From assembly GCA_963823665.1 (NCBI GenBank), contig CAWGMQ010000005.1, forward strand, positions 576,001 through 640,000: DNA of 64,000 nt. Direction: 5' to 3'. How positions within the stretch are numbered: position 1 is the first letter of the stretch; every line of letters begins with the position of its first letter. The position numbers and the translations under genes are program-made. The notes beneath the pieces were generated by a model, which saw nothing but the letters and a program-made list of their open reading frames with translations, was not told the origin of the DNA and did no database searches. Shown one piece after another: positions 35,101-44,453 of the stretch. Source of the stretch: an uncultured Planctomycetota bacterium (GTDB lineage Bacteria > Planctomycetota > Planctomycetia > Isosphaerales > Isosphaeraceae).

Positions 35101-35534
35101 ATGCCCACAATCTACTCGCCCGGGCCCTGGTCACGGCACCCGATCGCGCCGCCGTTGCTCAGACCGAGGCGCTGGCCCACGCGCGGCAGGCGGTGAGCTT
35201 GAGCCCCGACGACGCGGCATTCCGCAACACGCTGGCACTGGTCGAATACCGCGCCGGACACTGGGCCGACTCCATCGCCGCGGCAGAACGCTCGATCGCA
35301 CTGGCAAAACGTGTGGACGCCTCCAGTTGGTTCCTCCTGTCGATGGCGCTCTGGCAGCAAGGCAACAAGGAACGATCTCGGTCGCTCTTCGACCGGGCCG
35401 TGTCCTGGACGAGAAAGAACGAGCCGAAGAAGGCAGACCTGCTCCTCTTCTGGCGCGAAGCCGCCGCGCTGCTCGGTCAGCCCGGTCCCGACTCCTCGGC
35501 GGCCGACCTTCCCCCGAACGTGTTCGCGCAGTGA
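32148..35534 (+). CDS. Ser/Thr protein kinase with N-terminal CxxC..CxxC, TM segment and TPR repeats
   Basis: CPTC..CPIC, GQGGMG, HRDLKPSN, DWG, GTPAYMAPEQ, multiple TPRs. Confidence 0.93.
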   Translation: MPEPARCPTCDGELPTDAPLGLCPICLLTHAIDDEAPDFLHDGESGATARWNDDGPHDAGTGTLPDDDDEIGTQLESPVARPAESERLTARGHYQLMGEIGQGGMGTVFKARDPELGRDLAVKVLHERHRATGDLIRRFIEEAQIGGQLQHPGIVPVYELGAFSDGRPYFTMKLIKGRTLATLLKERVDVADDLPRLLGIFEQVAQTMAYAHSRGVIHRDLKPSNIMVGSFGEVQVMDWGLAKILPSGEAHTAALERPANETVVATVRSKGDSDHTEFGSAMGTPAYMAPEQACGETESIDRRADVFALGSILCEILTDWPAFAGGSAQEVLRSSRRGNTAAALARLETCGADEELLGLARDCLAVEARDRPADAGAVAGRMTAYLAGVQVRLRTAELSRVEAQARVEEEAKRRVLAEQLAEEARGRAEEAIRRAALERQRRRLQLGLAASLLALMTAAGLGTTYYLEQRQARAGAVQQVLGRASTLLDEARKHAGDPARWQVALAAIDQADRALSADAVAQERVAALRAEVLQGAAAAERDRRLLDRLVDIRSAEADDPGGLSTEKDYARAFGTAGLEMATLTTEEAARQIRARPLEVATALAIAIDDWAAIRRDRRKDAAGAAALSALASAVDSDTWRARLRRALDLPKEGSRLEALRRMAKDAPLETLGPVSLDLLGRALKDAGDPAGAELVLRRAERLHPDDVWLNYDLARALEMLARRDEAIRYDMAARSLRRETAHELAHLLGARGERDEEIAILEDLKRARPDSGRHLGCLGRALKSQGRLKEAAAILAEAEAANREAVRLRPDDAQAHFSLGFALYMQGKLDQAIEEYRAAIHIQPETPEFHDSLCEAFGKQGKLALAIEEYREAIRIQPGFANAYNTVGDIQFSLRRDFRAAETEFRKATQLRPDNAVYHNNLGLALQKLGKPDAAIVEYRLASDLNPSFADAHLGVGEILESRGKLDEAIVEYRSASRIDPNEDDAHNLLARALVTAPDRAAVAQTEALAHARQAVSLSPDDAAFRNTLALVEYRAGHWADSIAAAERSIALAKRVDASSWFLLSMALWQQGNKERSRSLFDRAVSWTRKNEPKKADLLLFWREAAALLGQPGPDSSAADLPPNVFAQ

Positions 35535-35754
35535 AGCCACATGCATCGCATGCAGGGGCCGTTCACGGGTCCCTTCTCATCGATCAGCTCAAACCGCGCC
35601 GGACGGGATCCGCACCACATCCATTTTCCTCACCTCCGCGCGCTCCACAATCCGATAATTCCAGTTATGCGGACTGTCCCTGCGATGCCAATGCAAATCG
35701 TCGCGCCGGTCGAAGCGACCAGTGGAGTACGGTAACCACTCATGCCTGCACGAG

Positions 35755-37417
35755 ATGCCACTGGTTCTGAGCGCAAGTCGCAGGTTGCAGCGCCTTACGT
35801 CCGCACCGCGCAATCGCCGTGCTCGCCCTTTCGTGCTTGACCGTCGCCGGCTGCATCACCACCAGCCCGCACCAGTGGCTGCAGAACGGCCTCAAGGTCG
35901 GCCCCGAATACGGCCGGCCGGCCGGACCTGTGGCCGCTGAATGGATTCAGGCGAGCGATCCTGCCGTCCAGGAGAGCCCATTTGCCGGTGGAGAGTGGTG
36001 GAACGTCTTCGATGATCCCACCCTGACCGCGCTCGTCCACCTCGCATACGAACAAAACCCCAACATCCGGGTCACCGCCTCGCGCGTGCTCGAAGCACGC
36101 GCCGGCCAGGCGATCTCCGTCGGCAACTTGCTGCCCCAGTCTCAGCAGGCCACCGCCTCCTATAGCCGCGTGAACCTGAACCGGAACATGCCGGTCATCG
36201 ATCAACTGGTCAAGGTGCTTCCACCTGGCTCCGGAGCGTTCTCTAACTGGTTCTACGGCTTCAACCTGAGCTGGGAGCTCGATCTCTGGGGCCGTCTCCG
36301 CCGAAATGTCGAATCGTCGAATGCCAGTCTGGATGCATCAATTGAAGATTACGACTCCGCGCTCGTGACCCTTTTCGCCGACGTGGCTTCCAGTTACGTG
36401 CAATATCGGGTCGCTCAGCAGCGAATCAAGATCGCGCGAGACAACGTCCGGATTCAAGAGGGCGTGCTTGCCCTTGCCTCCGAGAAATTCCGCGTCGGCA
36501 CGACAACCAGGCTGGACGTCGAGCAGGCGCGTACGGTCCTCGAGCAGACACGCTCAACGATCCCCGCGCTCGAGATCGTGCTCGGCCAGGCCAACGACAC
36601 ACTCTGCACCCTGGTGGGCATTCCTCCGCGCGACCTCGCTGCCGATCTGCGAGAGGGCCCGCCCCTGGGCAGCTCGCCAATCCCGAACGCCCCGGCGTGG
36701 GTCGCCGCCGGCATCCCCGCCGATCTGTTGCGCCGCCGTCCCGACGTTCGCAGCGCGGAGCGCCAGGTTGCCGCGCAATCGGCGCAGATCGGCGTGGCCG
36801 AGGCCGACCTCTACCCCACCATCTTCGTCAACGGCACCATCGGCTGGGATGCCGCCGACTTCTCACAGGCGTTCTCGAACAAGAGCGTTTTTGGCTTGCT
36901 CATCCCCGGCTTCCGGTGGAACATCTTGAACTACGGCCGGATTCTCAACAACGTGCGTCTCCAGGAGGCGCGGCTTCAGGAAATGATCGCGACGTATCAG
37001 GGCAAGGTTCTCTCCGCCGGCCGCGAGGTCCAGGTTCCCTTGCGAGGGTTTCTCAAGTCTCGCGAGCAAGCTGACGATCTCGCCAAGAGCGTGACGGCCG
37101 CAACGGCAGCCACCGAGGTCGGCGTCGGCCAGTACCGCGCCGGCACAATCGACTTCAACCGCGTCTTCAACCTCGAGACGACCCAGGTGCAGCAGCAAGA
37201 GCGCCTTGCAATCTCGCAGGGCGATATCGCGCTCAACCTGATTGAAGTCTATCGAGCCTTGGGTGGCGGCTGGGAGCTGCGATTGGACGACCCCAATCCT
37301 CCAGGCCCGCACCATGCGACCCTGGCGACGAATCCTCCGCCCCCGTCGCCGCCCGCAACACCGGTCATGGCCCGAGCGTCCGACAGCCCTAGCCTAAGCG
37401 GAGGCATCACGCGATGA
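35755..37417 (+). CDS. TolC/NodT-family outer-membrane efflux lipoprotein; start uncertain, probable frameshift near 35810
   Basis: Lipobox LTVAGC, WELDLWGRLRR, PADLLRRRPDVRSAERQ, YRALGGGW. Confidence 0.9.
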
Positions 37418-37728
37418 AGTTGAAAAAATACGCCCGATTCTGGGCCGCTCTACTCACGGCGATGATTTGTGCTCACGCGCACGCCGGAGGTACCGTCGAC
37501 GACGACATTCAACATTCCCATTTCTTCGCGCGGCTGAAACCGCGCGGCGGCTGGAACCCCGACGGCCGCGGCATCTTCCACTGGTGGAATCGCGATTGCT
37601 ACCCCCGCCCCTGCGCACCCGACGATTACTGCCGCAAGCCGATGCCAAACCTCTGCCGGCCGTTTGTGCAAGCTCACTTCGCAGAAACGCAGCACAGCGT
37701 CGACACGATTCCGGCGACTGTTCGCTGA
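37414..37728 (+). CDS. Small secreted Cys-containing hypothetical protein
   Basis: ATGA overlap with the TolC-family gene; signal peptide ending AHA; CYPRPCAPDDYCRKPMPNLC. Confidence 0.7.
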   Translation: MKLKKYARFWAALLTAMICAHAHAGGTVDDDIQHSHFFARLKPRGGWNPDGRGIFHWWNRDCYPRPCAPDDYCRKPMPNLCRPFVQAHFAETQHSVDTIPATVR

Positions 37729-37835
37729 ACGCAAAGCCCTTGTTTCGACGCTCTCGCGAGGGAACGGTGTTCCAAGCCGCTTCCTATCCCTCACAACTCT
37801 CGATGCTCCAAGAGCGCACGCCCCTCACATGCGGG

Positions 37836-37859
37836 CGGCACACGGAGTGTGCCTGCTAC
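37836..37859 (-). repeat. GTAG-type REP-like palindrome
   Basis: Minus strand GTAGCAGGCACACTCCGTGTGCCG; stem GGCACAC/GTGTGCC with a 3-nt loop. Confidence 0.75.
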
Positions 37860-37863
37860 GACC

Positions 37864-38904
37864 TCACAACCCCCGATGCTCCAAGAGCACCCTTTTCACC
37901 TCCCGTATCGCATCCGGATGATCCTGGCACAGATGCCCCGCTGAGATCACAACTTCCGAGCCCGCACCCTCCAGGTGAGCACTTGCAAAGCTGACCAGCC
38001 CATCGCCTGGTTCGTCCCCCACAGGATCTCTCCTGACAGCGACGATCGAATGAATCTTCACGTCCGGTGCAGCCGTCAGGTCGCGCAGACTCTTGAGGAA
38101 CGGCGTCTCCCAGGCGAGCTCCTCGAGCGAGCTTGGCACGCCCTTGCGAAAATCGTCCTTGAAGAAGCCCGGGGTATTGCGTGCGATCAACCGGTCGTGG
38201 GCCGAGCGAAGCAGCTCGGTTCCCTTCGCCAGCCGCGTGCCCAAGCTGAGCAGCCAGCCGCGGTTGAGCCTGCTCCCACGGTGCGGAGTGGCGATGAAGA
38301 CCACGCGGCGCACCTCTGGCAGCGGCTTGACCAGCAGTGCCTGGCCGAAAAGCTTGCGATCCTCGGGCTCGCCCACGAGCTGTTCGAACGGCCGGTCGCT
38401 CACTTCGTGCCATAGCCGCGTCCCGCTCTCGACGACCATCATTTTCGCCAGCAGTCCGCCCATGCTGTGGCCGATCAGAACCATTCGGTCGAACGATAAG
38501 TCGGACTTCTCCGGATCGAAGCGCCTTCGCGCCTCCTCCAGGCTGCGCCTGAGCAGGCAAGCCGAATACGGAATCGGGTCGCCCGTTGCGTAGCGGAACG
38601 TCCAGAACTGGTATTCGTCTCGAAGACCCGGATCAGACTCAATCGCCGTGATCATCCGCTCCCACGAAAGCGGTGTCGCCCACAGCCCGTGGATGAATAC
38701 GACCGGTACCTTGCCCCGCGCGTACGGTCGCCGCAGGGTAAGCCCCTCTGGCGCGGCTCGGAGCACCGCCTCGGGTGAAGGGACGCGATCGGGCGGATGC
38801 TCCCCGCGCTCGCCTCTCCCCAGCTCATCGCGCGGCTCTTCCGCCGCGACCGCTGCCGGTACCACCTGCAACCAGACAACGAAAATGACCAGGAGCTTCC
38901 TCAT
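37864..38904 (-). CDS. Secreted alpha/beta-fold lipase/esterase, paralog of 21213..22262
   Basis: Signal peptide, FIHGLW, GHSMGG, TPHRGS, DGLV, GHLCQ. Confidence 0.88.
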   Translation of the reverse strand: MRKLLVIFVVWLQVVPAAVAAEEPRDELGRGERGEHPPDRVPSPEAVLRAAPEGLTLRRPYARGKVPVVFIHGLWATPLSWERMITAIESDPGLRDEYQFWTFRYATGDPIPYSACLLRRSLEEARRRFDPEKSDLSFDRMVLIGHSMGGLLAKMMVVESGTRLWHEVSDRPFEQLVGEPEDRKLFGQALLVKPLPEVRRVVFIATPHRGSRLNRGWLLSLGTRLAKGTELLRSAHDRLIARNTPGFFKDDFRKGVPSSLEELAWETPFLKSLRDLTAAPDVKIHSIVAVRRDPVGDEPGDGLVSFASAHLEGAGSEVVISAGHLCQDHPDAIREVKRVLLEHRGL

Positions 38905-39187
38905 GGAAGGATCTCTACGTCGCTGAGGATGACCTCCAGGCGCTGCCGTTCGCCGTGAGTTCGCTCGACGTCCACGTCGATTTGCGAGATTGACTGCGGG
39001 GCACGACTCCCCTCCACAGATGAACGGACGCCGCCCCGTGCGCCGATCGCCCGAAGTTTCCTATGTTTTGGGGAATTGCGCCGCGATTCCCCACACCCAC
39101 TGCCAGGTCCGTCTCACCGCCGGCATTGACGAGCCGGGATAGAATGGAATCGGCTTGACGGAACGACCTCAGTCTAGGACATATTTC

Positions 39188-40216
39188 ATGCACCCATTTC
39201 TATTCCCGCTGGCTGATGCGGATTCGGAGCCGCGAGCCTCCGAGCCGATTCGCCCTGCCGACCCGGCGATTGAGCGCGAAGCCCTCGATGCTTACTCGCG
39301 AGTGATCGTCACCGTCGCCGAGAAGCTCGGCCCGGCCGTCGTGAATCTTCGTGCCGTCGGGGCCGACGGCAGCCGGCGAAATGGCGGATCAGGCTCCGGC
39401 TTTCTGATCACTCCCGACGGATTTCTCCTCACCAATCACCACGTCGTCCGCGGCGCAAGCCGGCTGCGTGTTCGCTTGAATGACGGGCGCGAGGTCAATG
39501 GCCACGTCGTGGGGGCCGACCCCTGGACCGACGTCGCCGTCGTCCAGGCTGAAGACTCCGGGCTCCCCCACGCCCAGCTCGGCGAGTCGGCCGGCTTGCG
39601 AGTCGGCCAGTTGGTCGTGGCAATCGGCAGCCCCTTCGGTTTCGACTCCACCGTCACCGCCGGCGTCATCAGCGCGCTGGGCCGCACCCTGCGCAGCATC
39701 ACCGGGCACTTGGTCGACAACGTCATCCAGACCGACGCTGCACTCAACCCCGGAAACAGCGGCGGCCCGCTGCTCGATTCTCAAGGGCTGGTGATCGGCA
39801 TGAACACCGCGATCATTCACTCCGCCCAGGGAATCTGCTTCGCAATTCCCATCACCATGGTCAAGCGCATCTTCCCGCAGCTCATGCAGCACGGGCGGGT
39901 CGTACGCGGCTACCTTGGCATGCACGGGCGCGACGTCCCGATTGCGCGGGCTGTCGCGCGCTTGCTCGGCCTCAACCAGGAAACCAGCGTGGAGGTGATC
40001 GGCCTCGAAAAGGACGGCCCGGCCGCACAGTCCGGCATGTCCGAAGGCGACCTGATCATTTCCATGGGCGAGCAGCCGATCACTGGGCTGGACGACCTCC
40101 AGAAACGCCTGTCGGAAATCCCCGTGGGAATCCCAGCCGAGGTCGTATTCCTGCGCAACAACCGCTTGCTCTCGCGATTCGTCGTACCGGGAGAATATCC
40201 CAGCCTGGAAGTCTAG
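39188..40216 (+). CDS. HtrA/DegP-like trypsin protease with one PDZ domain and no evident signal peptide
   Basis: GSGSGF, TNHHV, DVAV, IQTDAALNPGNSGGPL, C-terminal PDZ. Confidence 0.93.
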   Translation: MHPFLFPLADADSEPRASEPIRPADPAIEREALDAYSRVIVTVAEKLGPAVVNLRAVGADGSRRNGGSGSGFLITPDGFLLTNHHVVRGASRLRVRLNDGREVNGHVVGADPWTDVAVVQAEDSGLPHAQLGESAGLRVGQLVVAIGSPFGFDSTVTAGVISALGRTLRSITGHLVDNVIQTDAALNPGNSGGPLLDSQGLVIGMNTAIIHSAQGICFAIPITMVKRIFPQLMQHGRVVRGYLGMHGRDVPIARAVARLLGLNQETSVEVIGLEKDGPAAQSGMSEGDLIISMGEQPITGLDDLQKRLSEIPVGIPAEVVFLRNNRLLSRFVVPGEYPSLEV

Positions 40217-40217
40217 T

Positions 40218-41516
40218 TCACCCTGTAAACCGCTGCACCACGAGCGCCGTGTTCTGCCCGCCAAACCCGAAGCTGTTGGAAAGCGCTACATCGATGTGGC
40301 ATTCTCGCGCCGCGTTCGGCACATAATCCAGATCGCAGTCCGGATCAGGATATTCCAGATTGATCGTGGGTGGCACGACTCCGTCCCGGATCGCCAGCAA
40401 GCAAAGAATCGCCTCGACGGCCCCTCCGGCGGCGATCAAATGTCCGGTCATGCTCTTGGTGCTCGAAACCGGAATCTTGAACGCACGCTCGCCGAACGTG
40501 CGCTTGATCGCCACTGTCTCCACGGAATCATTCACCTTGGTGCTCGTGCCGTGCGCGTTGATGTAGTCGACGTCATCGGGGCCAAGCGATCCATCCTCGA
40601 GCGCAAGCTGCATCGCGGTCACTGCGCCCTGGCCGTCGTCGCGGCTGTCTGTCAGGCGGAACGCGTCGGCCGTCGAGGCATGGCCGGCCACTTCTCCGAA
40701 GATGGCGCCCCGCGCCTCCGCGCATGCTCGAGCTCTTCCAGCACCAGCATCCCCGCCCCTTCCCCGATCACGAACCCGTCGCGTTCCCGGTCAAACGGCC
40801 GGCTCGCGCCGCGCCGGCTCGTCGTTGCGAGTCGACATGGCGGTGAGCAGGATGAACCCCGTCACGCCAAACGGGTGAATCATGCTGTGAACACCGCCCG
40901 AGAGCATCACATCCGCACTGCCGCGGCGAATGATCTCGACGGCCTCGCCAATCGCCTGGGCGCTGGCTGCGCAGGCCGTCAGGCACGAGAGGTTCGGACC
41001 TCTGGCGCCGAAAACACTCGCCACGTGCCCGGCGGGCGTCCCCGGCTCCTGCTCCTCTTCCTTGAGCCGGTCGAGCAAGCCCAGCCCGAGCTGCGTGAAC
41101 CGGCTGGTATCCACCTTGTCGTCGCCTTTGCTTCGATAAATCAGGTCGACGATCCGCGGAAAATCCTGCTGGCCTTCGCCCGCGCCGAGGTAAACGCCAA
41201 TCCGTGTTCTGTCTCTGGCCTGGTATTCCAGCAAACCCGATTGCTCTACCGCCTGCGCCGCGGCTGCCAACGCGAGCACCGTATTTCGGCCATGGTTCGC
41301 CCACCGCCCCGCTTCATCGCCCAGGTAGCGCGCAAGCTGGAAATCCTTCACCTCGGCAGCAATCCTCGTTGGAAACGTCCGCGCGTCGAACAGACTGATC
41401 GGTCCGACGCCCCCTTGCCCCTGGCGCACCGCCTTCCACGTCGATTCCACGTCCGCTCCGACGGGCGTGACCAACCCCAATCCCGTGACCACAACCCGTC
41501 GTTTCGCTCGATCCAC
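40218..41516 (-). CDS. fabF: 3-oxoacyl-ACP synthase II family; frameshifts near 40805 and 40710
   Basis: [38 protein letters not shown] (Cys-His-His triad). Confidence 0.88.
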
Positions 41517-41571
41517 GTCTCTCACCCTCGACTTTCGCCCTGGCACCGTGATTCACGCCCAGCGCATCACA

Positions 41572-42204
41572 TCAAATGACCGTGCGCTTGCGTCGCGGCG
41601 AGGCCTTTGCGTGCGGCATCTGCACCGCACCTAGTATCTCCGCAGCCACTTTCCGGCACGACTCCAGGATCTGCACCGAATAAGCCGCATCTCGCGCGCA
41701 GCGAGCCAGCCCCAGGCCGCCCACGCATATCGCCACTGCTGCGAGCGCGCGCTCTTCGGAGCACGCGGAGTTTCCGGCCATCGCATGCGACGCCAGCTCG
41801 CTCACAATCCCTCGCACGAGCGCCTCGAAACGCACCTTCACCGGCCCGTCGGCCCGTGCCACTTCCGAGACCAGCGCCGCCAGCGGGCAGCCGTCCTCGA
41901 CACCGCGGCAATGTTCCGCACTGAGATACCGGCCCAGGAACGCCTCGACCCACTCATGACCCGAAAGCCCCTCGCTCGACGGCACCAGGCGCTCGCCCGC
42001 TTGAGCAGCCGCGTGCTCGAGCGCTTCTGCCAGAAGAGCCTGCTTGGAGTCGAAATGCGCGTAGAACCCCCCCGCCGTGAGCCCCGCCTCCTCCATCACC
42101 TTATCAACGCCCGCCCCGTGATACCCCTCTCTCCGGAAGACCTTTCCCGCGGCCCCGAGGATCCGCGCCCGCGTCTTCTTCTTCCGATCCACCGCGTATC
42201 GCAC
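41572..42204 (-). CDS. TetR/AcrR-family transcriptional regulator
   Basis: HTH GVDKVMEEAGLTAGGFYAHFDSK; GCPL motif; GTG start after a G-rich RBS. Confidence 0.92.
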   Translation of the reverse strand: MRYAVDRKKKTRARILGAAGKVFRREGYHGAGVDKVMEEAGLTAGGFYAHFDSKQALLAEALEHAAAQAGERLVPSSEGLSGHEWVEAFLGRYLSAEHCRGVEDGCPLAALVSEVARADGPVKVRFEALVRGIVSELASHAMAGNSACSEERALAAVAICVGGLGLARCARDAAYSVQILESCRKVAAEILGAVQMPHAKASPRRKRTVI

Positions 42205-42244
42205 AAAGTCCCCCCTGCTGAAGTGCGCAAGACCCCCGCACATT

Positions 42245-42273
42245 ATATTACGCTCGTAATCTTAAAAGGTCAA
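42245..42273 (-). promoter_or_regulatory. Sigma70-type promoter of tetR-fabF overlapped by a palindromic operator
   Basis: TTGACC-17 nt-TAATAT on the minus strand; inverted repeat ATTACG-CT-CGTAAT at 42247..42260. Confidence 0.7.
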
Positions 42274-42416
42274 GCGCGGGCATGGAAGCATCGGCGGTGG
42301 TAGAATCTACAGTCGCTCGAGCGCGAAGGACCCCCGTCTCTCCTACGGAGAAGCCGAAGGCGAACCCATTCGGGTGCCGGACTGACACAGGTACGCGAAA
42401 TGTCGGAGTGCCCGTC

Positions 42417-42885
42417 ATGAACGATCTCCCGCGGAAGCTCCCCATCTGGCCGGGCGCGCCCGCTGCCGCCGAACCCAAGAAGCACGTTCTTCAGCGTCGC
42501 GGTCCGGACTGCGCCATCGCGGCGGCGGCCACCATCACCGGCGTGACGTACGACCAGGCCGCCTCGGCTGCCTTCTCGCTGCGCAACGATGGATTGGGCG
42601 CACTGAGCCCCCCACGCCATCAAGGAGCTCTTGTATCGCCTCACCGACCAGCCCTGGCGTCTCGAATGGCTTGTTCGCACCAGGATTCGCTTGTCCTCGA
42701 TGATCTTCAACGAGCAGTTGTCCGTCGCCTGCTTCACGAGCCCTGGAATACGCCCAAATGCTCACGCAATCGTCGCGCGCAAACGAATAATCTACGACGG
42801 GTCTCTCGACGAGCCGGTGAGCCCCCAGGAGCATCCGCTCAAAAACTGGTACGTCGCCCGGTTGATCGAGACAGAGCTGGATTAG
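42417..42885 (+). CDS. Small peptidase C39-like (papain-fold) protein; frameshift in a C run near 42610
   Basis: QRRGPDCAIAAAAT ... HAIV ... IIYD once one C is removed. Confidence 0.55.
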
Positions 42886-42889
42886 CTCG

Positions 42890-43810
42890 ATGTTCGCCAA
42901 AATCTTTACAGCTCGGTTCCGCGAAAGTCTGATCCCGCTCACGCTCCTGTGCGCCGCGTCGCTTGCACCGTTCTCGCGCGCCAAGACCCACCGCGTCAAC
43001 CGGCGCGCCAGATTCGACTCGAGAGCGGCCGCGTCGTTGAGTACACGATTCCCTTTGATCGCAACGCACTGCAGGCCAGCGAGCGCGCGGGCAACAGTTT
43101 GATCGCATTGACATCCTCGGGCGTGCTGCTGCGCTTCCAGTTGCCCGATGTCCGCCTCGTTCACGAGCACGCGGAAACCGTGGAAATCAAATGCCTCGGC
43201 CGAGGCGAAGGCGGTGCGATCCTCGCGGGCCTTGCCGACGGACGAGTCTGCCGCGTCAACCCGGCGACGCTTGAGGTCACTGAAATCGCCAAGCTCCCCG
43301 CTCCCGCGCGGTGGATCGGCTGGCTTTCCGCCACGGCAAGCCCTCCCGCCGGCCTGGTTGTTGTAACCGGGTCGACCAGGTCTACGGTGCACGACCTCGT
43401 CAACCAAAAGTCATTCACCGTTGACCACAAAGCGTCCACGTCCTTGCTCGACACCACCGGCAGGCTCTGGCTCGGCGCTGACAATGGCGAGTGGGGTGGT
43501 CGTGTGACGCGCGTTGATCTCACCAAAGGAACACGTGCGTCAATCGATCCGCCGCCATCGGGCGATCCCGATTGGGCGGCGCACTGGGATGGCATCTACG
43601 GCTTCATCGAGCTGCGAGACCACCAAGTATGGGCATACGGCGGCATGTCGCACATGGGTATCAATTCGCGGAATATCACGCGAGTCGATGAGGATAAACC
43701 GCGTCCGATCGTTGAACGGAGGATTCACGCTGCGCTCGAGGAAAAGCCCGACGCGCCACCGACGGCTTTGCCCATCAGCCATATCCTCACAGAAACCGTG
43801 ACGCCTTCAG
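42890..43810 (+). pseudogene. Secreted beta-propeller-like hypothetical protein, frameshifted near 42980 and apparently truncated at a REP-like element
   Basis: Signal peptide ending FSRA|QDPP; LDTTGRLWLGADNGEWGG; protein-like sequence ends near 43800. Confidence 0.5.
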
Positions 43811-43843
43811 CCCATTGTCGCCTTTCGATCCGCGAAAGTGCGT
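43811..43843 (-). repeat. REP-like element (CTTTCGCGGAGCGAAAGGCGAC family)
   Basis: Reverse complement ACGCACTTTCGCGGATCGAAAGGCGACAATGGG matches the copies at 52398 and 52448. Confidence 0.8.
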
Positions 43844-43872
43844 CTTCCCTCGTTGCCGTCGTTTGCTCCGCC

Positions 43873-44277
43873 TCACTGGGGCTCACCATCGAGCTGCAAC
43901 CGAATCTGCTTCACTTGCTCGCGGGCCCTCGCCCTCTCCTCCGGCGTCGACGCATTCGATGCTGCGCTTTCATACAATTTCAATGTCTGCTCCAGGGAGT
44001 CACGTTGAATGTCCCTGGTTGACTCGCCGCCATCGTTGGTTTGCTCCGTGACCTTTGTCAAATACTGATCCACGGCAACCTGAGCGTGTTGAAAGTGAGC
44101 GTCGGCTTGAGCACGCGCGAGTTCGAGCTCCGCGCGAAGCTGAGCCTCCGTCTGCTGGCGCCGTACCGTCTGCACGACGACCGCGAAAACCAGCCCAAGA
44201 AAGGCGATCGCGACCGGCAGAGTCTTCAGCCGGACACGCAGCACGGGCGTTACGGTCGTTCTTGGCTCATCGATCAT
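43873..44277 (-). CDS. Small membrane-anchored coiled-coil hypothetical protein
   Basis: One TM helix followed by helical heptads; AGGAGG RBS. Confidence 0.7.
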   Translation of the reverse strand: MIDEPRTTVTPVLRVRLKTLPVAIAFLGLVFAVVVQTVRRQQTEAQLRAELELARAQADAHFQHAQVAVDQYLTKVTEQTNDGGESTRDIQRDSLEQTLKLYESAASNASTPEERARAREQVKQIRLQLDGEPQ

Positions 44278-44453
44278 TGGGCGGCACCTCCTGAGAGCGC
44301 TCGGTGAAGGTCACGACCAAGCACATGGTACTCGACACAATGTTCCATTCTAAGATCACCTGTTTCGGCGTGCCACGTCTGCGCCTTGACGCGCCCGAAC
44401 GAAGTAGCGCATTTTGCATCGTGGAAACAAACCAACTTCTTCCCAGGTGACCG

